This document shows positions 29,922 through 38,902 of a stretch of DNA of 64,000 nucleotides, one piece after another. The position numbers were made by a program, and so were the translations under genes. Source of the stretch: Terriglobia bacterium. Lineage in GTDB: Bacteria; Acidobacteriota; Terriglobia; JAJPHL01; JAPKYU01. The stretch lies in the NCBI GenBank assembly GCA_965223005.1, contig CBDCVK010000008.1:1-64000 (forward strand). Reading direction: 5' to 3'. Numbering within the stretch: position 1 is the stretch's first letter; the number at the start of each line of letters is the position of its first letter. The notes below the pieces were generated by a model that did not search any database, was not told where the DNA came from, and worked only from the letters and a program-made list of their open reading frames with translations.

Positions 29922-31833
29922 CTCTCCTCACCGCGTCAAAGAAAAGCCGCAAACTCGAGTAATGTTCTACAGGGAAGAAAATGGCTCCCATGGCAAAGCT
30001 GCGTTGCAGCCGCAACGTTCGCCCTTGATTCTCATAGGAAATTTCGTACCTGCCGAACTTCGGCCTGCTCGTCCGCTTTTTCGGGAGGCTCTCCGCCTTG
30101 TACCCCTCGGGCAACTGCACGGTGATCTCATCAACTTCCTGCCACGGGTAGGGAAAGTAAATCGGATGGACCCGCTTGTCGTGCGGGAAGGGATGCTTTT
30201 CGTTGGCCTGGAAGATGGCCGGGGGCAAGATCAGGCGGCGCCCGGTGGAGGTTCCAAAGTTCGGAATTCGCACGGCGAATTCCGCTTTCAGCGGCTCTTC
30301 GGTCCCTTCCCAGCCCGTAACGCTCTGCTGCTCAACCATGGCTCCTGCGGGCAGCCACCCTTTCACCTCCTCTTCCAGCTCTTTGCGCCGCCCGGACTCG
30401 TCCGTTTCGATGGCATCCACCCGCCGCCGCAACGCTTCCTGTCCGGTGAAGGCCACTTCCACCGTGCCATGCAGACTTCCGCTAGTGCCCAGTTGCAGGT
30501 TCGCCTTACGCCCGGTCATTGTATGGGAGCTCAAAGGGAGCGGTGTCGTTACAAACTCGCCTCCGTCTTCCGCCAGCCGGATGCCGCTGACTCCCGTTTG
30601 GTCCCACGAAAGCAGCTTAAACGGGCAGTAGCGGTTGGCCGGGTCCAGGTAGTACTCCTTGCCGCCGTGGCGAACGAGCACCAGATCGGCGTTGAGCTGG
30701 CTGGCATCGAGTAGCTTAGGCTTAAAAAAGCGATCCGTCCGCGAAGCGACTCGCACAGCCGTGGCGTCAAAACCCGCCGCGCGGGCGAGAGCTACGAACA
30801 ACCAATTGATGTGCCAGGGGCGGCCATAACCGTGCTTCAACACATCTCCGACATTCTTGTTTTTCCTTAGTTTCTCGTCTCTTTTTGCATTTTTTCGATC
30901 GTAACTCAGATTCCGGATCTGGTGCACCCGCGTGTAAAGCTTGCGCAGCTTGGTTTCTGGGGGATCGTCCGGCTGAACGATTCGGGCCGCCTCTTTCGCG
31001 ATCGCCTTGCGCTTGCCGATGAATTTCTCCACCTTCTTGTGTAATTCCTCCCCCGTTTCTTTCCAGAATAATTCAGGTAACGCCAAAGAAGAACGGAGGT
31101 AATAAACGTAAACCCACATCTTCAGTTCGGTCTCCGGCGGAATGTGCTCCTCTTCCTGGAAGGCCGGGATGTCATGCAGCTCCATCTCATGCGGTACCGT
31201 CAGCAGCTTGTCCGTGGGCACCTTGAAGCTTGTCCACCTATGCGTTGTAGAAAAAGAAGAAGATGATGGAGGTGATACGTATGGCCTGAGCGAGAAGCGC
31301 GCCCGCCGGGTGAACAGTTCGTGCTCGATGATCCAGCGTGTCGGAAGGAGCAAACTTGAACCCCAATGGATGCTGTACTTGTATTCGATTATGCTTCCCA
31401 CCCGGACGTCAGGCAGCGTGAAACTCTTCACCAGAATCTTGAGTTTTTTATACTTGACAGCAACTTTCTCAAAGACATCCCCAGTAAAAGCGATTGCCGT
31501 TCCATCCGGATGGACTGTTCTGGCTTTGATTTCTTTGATGCGAAATTTTCTTTTCAAATAGGGGATTTCCACGTTGGCATGCTTCTTTCCTTCCTCAGAA
31601 AAGATTTTGATCCGCTGGTAATGCGTCTCGAAGGATTTCACGTCATCGGTGTGCATTTCGCGGTAGAGGATGATGGCAGGGGCACCGGGACTGGCCGGGT
31701 ACTCTTTCATCGCCAGCTCTTCGGGCGAGATCGGCGGCCACTCATCTGCCGGCTTGTCCGAAAGCGCAACTCCTGTGGCTAGCGGAATGAACCAAAGGAA
31801 GAGAAGCGAAGAGAGCAAGAATCTGGACGCCAC
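29869..31833 (-). CDS. DUF3857 and transglutaminase-like domain protein (catalytic Cys absent)
   Basis: Signal peptide, LPDVRVGSIIEY, INWLFVALARAAG, YLDP. Confidence 0.85.
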   Translation of the reverse strand: MASRFLLSSLLFLWFIPLATGVALSDKPADEWPPISPEELAMKEYPASPGAPAIILYREMHTDDVKSFETHYQRIKIFSEEGKKHANVEIPYLKRKFRIKEIKARTVHPDGTAIAFTGDVFEKVAVKYKKLKILVKSFTLPDVRVGSIIEYKYSIHWGSSLLLPTRWIIEHELFTRRARFSLRPYVSPPSSSSFSTTHRWTSFKVPTDKLLTVPHEMELHDIPAFQEEEHIPPETELKMWVYVYYLRSSLALPELFWKETGEELHKKVEKFIGKRKAIAKEAARIVQPDDPPETKLRKLYTRVHQIRNLSYDRKNAKRDEKLRKNKNVGDVLKHGYGRPWHINWLFVALARAAGFDATAVRVASRTDRFFKPKLLDASQLNADLVLVRHGGKEYYLDPANRYCPFKLLSWDQTGVSGIRLAEDGGEFVTTPLPLSSHTMTGRKANLQLGTSGSLHGTVEVAFTGQEALRRRVDAIETDESGRRKELEEEVKGWLPAGAMVEQQSVTGWEGTEEPLKAEFAVRIPNFGTSTGRRLILPPAIFQANEKHPFPHDKRVHPIYFPYPWQEVDEITVQLPEGYKAESLPKKRTSRPKFGRYEISYENQGRTLRLQRSFAMGAIFFPVEHYSSLRLFFDAVRRGDEQQVVLQATETDPQD

Positions 31834-32167
31834 TACGATGACCTCCAGCCTAAGGCTGTGGCGTGGTCCGCGTGGACCCCGCTGGCGAACTCTACGAACT
31901 ACCGGCAGCTTGTCTCGACTAACCCCATACGCCCTGGAAGTGCCCCTCTGCGACTGACGGCCTCGTGCAGGTCGAAAGACGCCCCCTTTAACTGGAACTT
32001 GCTTTTCTGCGAGGCTATCTGCAGCGAATTCTGCTCCTCAGGGATTTGGGAGTCAAAGGATATCCGGGCGACAATCTCCCGACGGCTTCCATGGCGGTTG
32101 GGCATGAGCAGAGCGGGTCGCGTGCTATACTGCCGCCTCGGTTCAATCATCAATAGGTCAATTCTCA

Positions 32168-32377
32168 ATGCAAAAGAAAAAGCGTGACACCACTTCGGCG
32201 GCTGAGCGCTGGAAGCGCTTCGTCGCCGCAGCCGGTCTGGAAATCCCGGACGAGGAGATCGAAGCGATCGCCCCTACGCTCGACCGCATCACCGCCGCCA
32301 CGCGCCAGGCGCTCGAGCCAGACCTGGGCTTCTCGGCTCCCGCCGTCTGCTTCCGCCTGCCTGGAGGGGAGTCGTGA
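32168..32377 (+). CDS. Small GatC/AtzG-like protein
   Basis: 69 aa, 'AAAAGLEIPDEEI..PA..F' pattern; GTGA overlap with the amidase. Confidence 0.6.
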   Translation: MQKKKRDTTSAAERWKRFVAAAGLEIPDEEIEAIAPTLDRITAATRQALEPDLGFSAPAVCFRLPGGES

Positions 32378-33789
32378 GCGCGTCCTCGGTGACCACGCTC
32401 AGCATCGGGAAGCTGGCCAGCCTGCTGCGAGAGCGCAAGCTCTCCCCGGTGGAACTCACACAGGCCATGCTGGACCGAATCGAAAAACAGAACCCGGCGT
32501 TGAATGCCTACCTGACAGCGCTGCCGGAGACCGCTCTGGAGCAGGCGCGCGAGGCGGAGCGAGCCATTGCCTCCGGCCAGTACCGCGGGCCGCTGCATGG
32601 CATTCCTGTCTCCGTGAAGGATCTGTACTACACCCGGGGCGTGCGCACCACCGCCGGGTCCCCGATTTTCGCTGATTTTGTCCCGGATCATGACGCCACC
32701 GTCGTCGCACGGCTGCGCGACGCTGGCGCCGTGCTGCTGGGCAAGACACACCTGCACGAGCTGGCCTACGGGATCACCACCACCAACCCGCATTTCGGCC
32801 CGGCCCGCAATCCCTGGAGTTGCACGCAAATCCCCGGCGGCTCCAGCGGCGGCTCCGGTGCGGCGGTGGCGGCCTCGCTCTGCTCGGCGTCGATGGGCAG
32901 CGATACCGGCGGCTCGATCCGCATCCCGGCTGCGTATTGCGGGGTGGTGGGATTGAAGCCGACCTTTGGCCGGGTGAGCCTCCACGGCGTGATTCCGCTG
33001 GCCTGGAGCCTGGACACCGCCGGTCCTCTGGCCCGCACCGTGTGGGACGCCGCGGCGATGCTCGGGGCCATTGCAGGCCCTGGCTCCTGCGATGAGTCCG
33101 CCGCTACGGCGCCTGTGTCCGACTATCTGGGCGAGATCGGCCAGGGCGTTCGCGGCCTGGTGGTCGGGGTTCCCGAGAACTACTTTTTCGATCACCTCAG
33201 CCCGGACGTGGAGCGAGCGGTGCGCACGGCGCTTAAGACGCTGGAGGAACTCGGCGCGCGTCTGGAGCCGTTGCGGCTGCCCGGCATCGAGGAGGCCAGT
33301 GAGCTGGGCCGGCTGATCCTGCTGGGGGAGGCCGCGGCGCTGCACCAGAAGCTGCTGCGCAGTCGCCGCCACGAGATCGGCGCCGACGTGCGGGCCCTGC
33401 TGGAGCAAGGGGAATGCATCCTTGCTACCGATTACGTGAACGCGCAGCGCACCCGTCGCCGATTTGTGGCCGAGCTGGAGGCGGTCTTCCAGAAGGTGGC
33501 GGTACTGGTGATACCCACCACTCCCATCACTGCGCCTACGATCGGTGAAACCAACGTGCTCGTCAACGGAGAGCCCGAGGACGTTCGCTTGGCAAGCACT
33601 CGCCTGGTGCGCCCCTGGAACTTTGCCGGCGCGCCCGCCTTATCGGTGCCCTGCGGCCTCGACCACAGTGGGCTGCCTATCGGGCTGCAGATCGTAGGAA
33701 GAGCCTTTGACGAGTCTACGGTGTTGCGAGTTGGGTACGCCTACGAGCAGGCCACCGAATGGGTCCACCGCCACCCACCCGAGGCCTGA
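32374..33789 (+). CDS. Amidase-signature family enzyme
   Basis: GPLHGIPVSVKD, PGGSSGGS, GSDTGGSIRIPA. Confidence 0.93.
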   Translation: MSASSVTTLSIGKLASLLRERKLSPVELTQAMLDRIEKQNPALNAYLTALPETALEQAREAERAIASGQYRGPLHGIPVSVKDLYYTRGVRTTAGSPIFADFVPDHDATVVARLRDAGAVLLGKTHLHELAYGITTTNPHFGPARNPWSCTQIPGGSSGGSGAAVAASLCSASMGSDTGGSIRIPAAYCGVVGLKPTFGRVSLHGVIPLAWSLDTAGPLARTVWDAAAMLGAIAGPGSCDESAATAPVSDYLGEIGQGVRGLVVGVPENYFFDHLSPDVERAVRTALKTLEELGARLEPLRLPGIEEASELGRLILLGEAAALHQKLLRSRRHEIGADVRALLEQGECILATDYVNAQRTRRRFVAELEAVFQKVAVLVIPTTPITAPTIGETNVLVNGEPEDVRLASTRLVRPWNFAGAPALSVPCGLDHSGLPIGLQIVGRAFDESTVLRVGYAYEQATEWVHRHPPEA

Positions 33790-33925
33790 CGGCAGCATGA
33801 CTCCAGCATAGCCAGCAACACGGCCAGCCACACGCTGAGTTCTGTTTCGGTAACTTGGAGCCTAATCATGCCCGCGACCTAACGCTGGTCGCTAACTGAT
33901 TGACCTAGCGGGCGATTCGGGAATA

Positions 33926-33972
33926 GTACAATACGTAGACGATTTGCCTTGACAAGACACAATATATTGCGT
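33926..33972. promoter_or_regulatory. Tandem NrdR boxes flanking a TTGACA -35 element
   Basis: acacaatatattgcgt (33957-33972) fits the NrdR consensus; weaker gtacaatacgtagacg starts 31 bp earlier; TTGACA at 33949-33954. Confidence 0.85.
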
Positions 33973-34099
33973 AATCATACCGCCCGCGATCAAATGGGGA
34001 CCACGTGCAGCACCCAGGCCCGCTACCCGCAACCTAGTGAATCTTACAATGGCCTTTGGAGGCTCAGGGGCGGGGTCCCTTCGCCGTAAGGAGGTTAGG

Positions 34100-36895
34100 A
34101 TGGGCGAGCTTTCTGTAAAACTGAAGGCCAATGCGGAAGTAGCTGGCGAACGCTTTCCTAAAGGAATCCACTTCCCCCGCTATTTTACCAAAGCCACGGT
34201 CTCACCCTACGACGACGTGCTGTGGGAGTTCCGCATCGCCTCGATTACCAATGAGCGGGGCGAGACCATCTTCGAACAACGAGACGTGGAGGTGCCGAAG
34301 GACTGGTCGCAGACGGCTACCAACATCGTCGCCAGCAAATACTTTTACGGAAAGCCACAGGACCCGCAGCGAGAAACCAGTGCCCGCCAGTTGATCCGCC
34401 GCGTGGTGGACACCATCACTCAGTGGGGTCGCGCTGGAGGCTACTTTGCCAGCCCGGAGGATGCGGAAAACTTCGGCGACGAGCTGGCCCACCTGATGAC
34501 CCAGCAGAAGGCCAGCTTTAACTCGCCGGTCTGGTTCAACGTGGGCACGTCGAAGAACAGCTACGGCTGGATTTGGGACCAGGCAGTGGACGGTGTGCGC
34601 GCGGTGGAAAAGCAGGAGCGGCGGCCGCAGTGCTCGGCCTGCTTCATCAACTCAATCGACGATTCTCTGGACTCCATCCTGACATTGGCCAAGACCGAGG
34701 GCATGCTGTTCAAGTTCGGCTCCGGCACCGGCACCAACCTGTCGTCGCTGCGCGAGCAGGACGCGCCGCTGAGCGGGGGCGGCCGGGCAAGCGGCCCGCT
34801 GAGTTTCATGCGCGGCTTCGACGCTTTCGCCGGAGTCATCAAGAGCGGCGGGACCACACGCCGGGCTGCCAAAATGGTGGTGCTCAACATTGACCACCCC
34901 GACGCGGTGCAATTCATCCAATGCAAGGCCAAAGAGGAGCGTAAGGCCTGGAGGCTGGTCGAGTCCGGCTATGACAGCTCGCTGGACGGCGAAGCCTACA
35001 GCTCCATCTTCTTCCAGAACGCCAACAACTCGGTGCGGGTCACCGACGAGTTCATGCAGGCGGTGGAGCGGGACGGCGAGTGGCAAACCCGTTCGACGCT
35101 GGACGGCCGTCCGGTCAAGAGCTACGAGGCCCGCGATCTGTTGCGCATGATCGCGGAAGCCACCCACCAGTGCGGCGATCCCGGCATGCAATTTGACACC
35201 ACGGTGAACCGCTGGCACACCTCCAAGAGCAGCGGCCGGATCAACGCCTCCAATCCCTGCAGCGAGTACATGTTTCTGGACGACTCAGCCTGCAACCTGG
35301 CGTCGCTGAACCTGATGAAGTTCCTCAACGGCCAGTTTGACGTCGAGGCCTTCCGCCACGCAGTGGACACGATGATCGTGGCCCAGGAGATCATGGTGGA
35401 CAACGCCAGCTACCCCACCGAGCGGATCGGCCGTAACTCGCACGACTACCGTCCGCTGGGGCTTGGCTACGCCAACCTGGGCGCGATGCTGATGGCCAGC
35501 AGCCTGCCCTATGACTCCGACGAGGGCCGGGCGGCGGCCGGCGCCATCAGCGCCATCATGCACGGCCAGGCTTACCTGACCAGCGCCCGGCTGGCCGCCG
35601 CCATCGGCCCCTTCCCCGGCTACGAGCCGAACCGGGAGCCGTTCCTCGGGGTGATCGGGATGCACCGCGACGCAGTAGCGCAGATTCCGGCGCGGCTGGT
35701 GGCTCCTGCGCTGCTGGGAGCTGCGCAGGAGGTTTGGGACGAGTGCCTGGACACGGGGCGGCGCTTCGGCTACCGCAACGCGCAGGTCACCGTCATCGCC
35801 CCCACCGGCACCATCGGCTTCATGATGGATTGCGATACCACCGGGATCGAGCCCGAACTGGCCCTGGTGAAGTTCAAGCGGATGGTGGGCGGCGGCACGA
35901 TCAAGATCGTCAACCAGACCGTTCCGGCTGCGCTGCTCAAGCTGGGCTATGCGCCCGATCAGGTGAGCGAGATTGTCGGCTACATTGACCGTGAGGGCAC
36001 CATCGAGGGCGCCCCCAACCTGAAGCCGGAACACCTGCCGGTGTTCGATTCCTCCTTCCGGCCGGCCGGCGGGACGCGCGCCATTCACTACATGGGGCAC
36101 CTGAAGATGGTGGCCGCGGTGCAGCCGTTCGTTTCCGGCGCCATCTCCAAGACCATTAACGTGCCGGGGGAGACCACGGTCGAGGAGATCATTCAGGCCT
36201 ACTTGCAGTCCTGGAAACTAGGCCTGAAAGCTGTGGCTATCTACCGCGATGGCTCGAAGAAGGTCCAGCCGCTCAGTACGGAGAACAAGGAGATGGAGTC
36301 GAAAGCAAAACCGGTCGCCACGCCCGCCGGCGCTGTGGCTGCCGAACCCCGCCGCCGCAAGCTGGCTGCCGAGCGCGACTCCAAAACCCACAAGTTTTCT
36401 GTCGCCGGCCACGAGGGCTATATCACCGTCGGCATGTACGAGGACGGCACGCCCGGCGAGGTGTTCATCACCATGGCCAAGGAGGGCTCCACCGTCAGCG
36501 GCCTGATGGACAGCTTTGCCACGGCGATTTCCCTGGCCCTGCAATACGGTGTGCCATTGAAGGTGCTGGCGGACAAGTTCAGCCACGTGCGCTTCGAGCC
36601 CAGCGGCTGGACCGGCAACCCGGAAATCCCCTACGCCAAGTCCATCATGGACTACATCTTCCGCTGGCTGGGAGCCAAGTTCCTCTCGCCCGAATACAAA
36701 CAAAGCGAAGCAGAGACGGATGCGGTGGCGCCGCCACTGAAGCCCACTGAGCCGGAGCCACAACTGGACCTGCCTATCACCCGAGAGCCCTACCTTGAGG
36801 ACGCCCCGGTCTGTGCCGACTGCGGCAGCCTCATGACCCGCAACGGCAACTGCTACAAATGCGGCAACTGCGGCTCCACCTCCGGCTGCAGCTAG
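34100..36895 (+). CDS. nrdJ: Vitamin B12-dependent (class II) ribonucleotide reductase with TSCPD domain and C-terminal Zn ribbon
   Basis: QCSACF, NPCSE, CNLASLNL, APTGT, CADC..CGNC; AAGGAGG RBS. Confidence 0.96.
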   Translation: MGELSVKLKANAEVAGERFPKGIHFPRYFTKATVSPYDDVLWEFRIASITNERGETIFEQRDVEVPKDWSQTATNIVASKYFYGKPQDPQRETSARQLIRRVVDTITQWGRAGGYFASPEDAENFGDELAHLMTQQKASFNSPVWFNVGTSKNSYGWIWDQAVDGVRAVEKQERRPQCSACFINSIDDSLDSILTLAKTEGMLFKFGSGTGTNLSSLREQDAPLSGGGRASGPLSFMRGFDAFAGVIKSGGTTRRAAKMVVLNIDHPDAVQFIQCKAKEERKAWRLVESGYDSSLDGEAYSSIFFQNANNSVRVTDEFMQAVERDGEWQTRSTLDGRPVKSYEARDLLRMIAEATHQCGDPGMQFDTTVNRWHTSKSSGRINASNPCSEYMFLDDSACNLASLNLMKFLNGQFDVEAFRHAVDTMIVAQEIMVDNASYPTERIGRNSHDYRPLGLGYANLGAMLMASSLPYDSDEGRAAAGAISAIMHGQAYLTSARLAAAIGPFPGYEPNREPFLGVIGMHRDAVAQIPARLVAPALLGAAQEVWDECLDTGRRFGYRNAQVTVIAPTGTIGFMMDCDTTGIEPELALVKFKRMVGGGTIKIVNQTVPAALLKLGYAPDQVSEIVGYIDREGTIEGAPNLKPEHLPVFDSSFRPAGGTRAIHYMGHLKMVAAVQPFVSGAISKTINVPGETTVEEIIQAYLQSWKLGLKAVAIYRDGSKKVQPLSTENKEMESKAKPVATPAGAVAAEPRRRKLAAERDSKTHKFSVAGHEGYITVGMYEDGTPGEVFITMAKEGSTVSGLMDSFATAISLALQYGVPLKVLADKFSHVRFEPSGWTGNPEIPYAKSIMDYIFRWLGAKFLSPEYKQSEAETDAVAPPLKPTEPEPQLDLPITREPYLEDAPVCADCGSLMTRNGNCYKCGNCGSTSGCS

Positions 36896-37066
36896 CTCTC
36901 AAGTCGCAGTTTCTTGTTTGACAGGAAGGCTTGATCTCGCCGAAACGCGTCGGCAACGGCGTAGCCGTACAAGACGAAACGTGGCAAGTGAAAGGTGGGA
37001 CGGCGACCAGTGGCGAAGTCATGCACTGCGTTAGCGGGCCGCCGTGGAAAGGTCACTCCGAAGAAG

Positions 37067-37414
37067 TTACCAGCGTCGTCTGCCGCCACCACCGGAAAAA
37101 CCACCGCGCCCGCCACGCCCGCCGCGCCCGCCCGAAAAGTCACGGCCGCCTCCCGGCGGGCCGGCTTCCGGCCGAGCTTCATTCACCTGAAGCGTCCGCC
37201 CCTCCCACTGCATTCCGCTCAGGCGGGCGATCGCCTGTGCCATGTCTTCCCCTTGCGTCAACTCAACAAAACCAAACCCACGGGACTGGCCCGTGGCCCG
37301 GTCTCGGATCACCCGGGCGGTTTCGACCTTGAAGCCTTCGTTGGTGACCCAATCCACCAGGTCCTGGTCGTTGACCGCGTGGGGCAGATTTCCCACGTAC
37401 AGCTTTTGCGACAT
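37067..37414 (-). CDS. RRM RNA-binding protein with a Gly/Arg-rich tail
   Basis: RNP2 LYVGNL, RNP1 RGFGFVEL, VNEARP, RGG tail. Confidence 0.95.
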   Translation of the reverse strand: MSQKLYVGNLPHAVNDQDLVDWVTNEGFKVETARVIRDRATGQSRGFGFVELTQGEDMAQAIARLSGMQWEGRTLQVNEARPEAGPPGGGRDFSGGRGGRGGRGGFSGGGGRRRW

Positions 37415-37788
37415 CCAGAATCCTCCTGTTGCGTGGCTAGCGAGGCACTCAACACTTGGCTGCTCCCCACTCGGTAGTCGAAGGGGCTGTCCTAATCAAA
37501 GCCTCTGGCGGCCCTGTTGAGGAACTCGAAGTGATCACTAGCGCTATGCTCAGCACCGTATTATAAGTTAAACCATTCGGAGCCAACTGGTCGTTTCTTC
37601 AAAGGATCGAGCGCTTGCGCCCGGATGCCGCCGAGGCCATCGCGCTCCACGAGGAAGTAGAGCCATACATGGAAGACGCCAGGGTGGTCTCAAGCACCAA
37701 GCTGTGATAGCTTAGCAAGAGGGGACCAGAGTTTGAGTTTCCCGTTGCCCGCGCGCTGCCCGGTCGGGCGGCGATGCCATTGCGCAGC

Positions 37789-37865
37789 GGGGCCGTAGTG
37801 AAGCTGGTTATCACGCCTGCCTGTCACGCAGGAGATCGCGGGTTCGAGTCCCGTCGGCCCCGCCA
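37789..37865 (+). tRNA. tRNA-Asp(GTC)
   Basis: GGGGCCG/CGGCCCC acceptor stem, cctgc-ctGTCac-gcagg anticodon arm, GGTTCGAGTCC, encoded CCA. Confidence 0.97.
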
Positions 37866-38341
37866 GTCACTTCAAGCACATCCAGATGGGGGATAGCTTC
37901 CGGTCCTGCAGCTCGCCGCAAGCTCATAGAGGCCTTGATGCGAGGCAAGGACCGTTCGGCAATCATGCTGGCTTCGGCGCTCAAACTGCCGTGGTCAATC
38001 TATTCTTACGCCTTGATGGATTTGAAATCCCTCGGGTTGGTGGACTCGTCCTATGACTACGAAGAGCGAGACCGTCCAATTGCTCACGCGGCAGGCCAAG
38101 CGGTTGCTACGCGAGGCCGGTATCCGCGTCAGGAGGGGACATCTCGTGAAGGGGAATTCGGTGGTTTGGCACAGCTGACGCCAACTCAAGGCGCGAACAG
38201 CTCCGCGAGGTACTGTGGCCTAGTTTGGTGGCCGTATTTGCAAAGAAGCCATGGTGATCCGAGCTTGAGGCGACAGAGCCGTTGGCGTATGCTTTTATGC
38301 GAAACGGAAGCTCACATAAGAAATTCCGGTCTCCAGACGCG

Positions 38342-38902
38342 ATGACTGGTAAGACCCACCAGGCCGGCACAAAGGACAGCAAGGCCCCATCGGAGATCAT
38401 GCCCGTCGTCTACGACGAGCTTCGCAGGCTCGCCCGTCGCTACCTCAGGCGGGAGCGGGCCGCCCAGTCTCTTCAGGCGACGGATCTCGTCAACGAGGCC
38501 TATTTACGGCTCGTGAAGGACAAGACCCGAGCATGGCAAAACCGAACTCATTTTCTGGCAATCGCCGCCACCTCGATGCGCCAGATTCTGGTCGAAAGGG
38601 CTCGTGCCCGTACTGCATCAAAGCGTGGAGGTTCGAAAGTGCGCATCACGCTGGATGACGCGATCGCCTCGGGCGGCCAGAAATCGTTCGAATTGTTGGC
38701 CCTCGACGAGGCACTGCACAAGCTGGGCGACATCGACCCGCAGCAGGCGCGCATTGTGGAGCTGAGGTTTTTTGGAGGGCTGACCATCGAGGAGACGGCG
38801 GAAGCTCTTCGGACCTCCCCGGCGACCGTGAAGCGCGAGTGGACCATGGCCAGGGCGTGGCTCGGGCATGAAGTCCGCGGGGAACGTCGCCATGAATCCT
38901 GA
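38342..38902 (+). CDS. ECF sigma factor (kinase-associated, TIGR02999-like)
   Basis: VYDELRRLA, LQATDLVNEAYLRL, RIVELRFFGGLT..W..ARAWL. Confidence 0.92.
   Translation: MTGKTHQAGTKDSKAPSEIMPVVYDELRRLARRYLRRERAAQSLQATDLVNEAYLRLVKDKTRAWQNRTHFLAIAATSMRQILVERARARTASKRGGSKVRITLDDAIASGGQKSFELLALDEALHKLGDIDPQQARIVELRFFGGLTIEETAEALRTSPATVKREWTMARAWLGHEVRGERRHES

Noticed and set aside
33790-34099. Cobalamin riboswitch before nrdJ
   Set aside because: No recognisable B12 box; NrdR boxes explain the region
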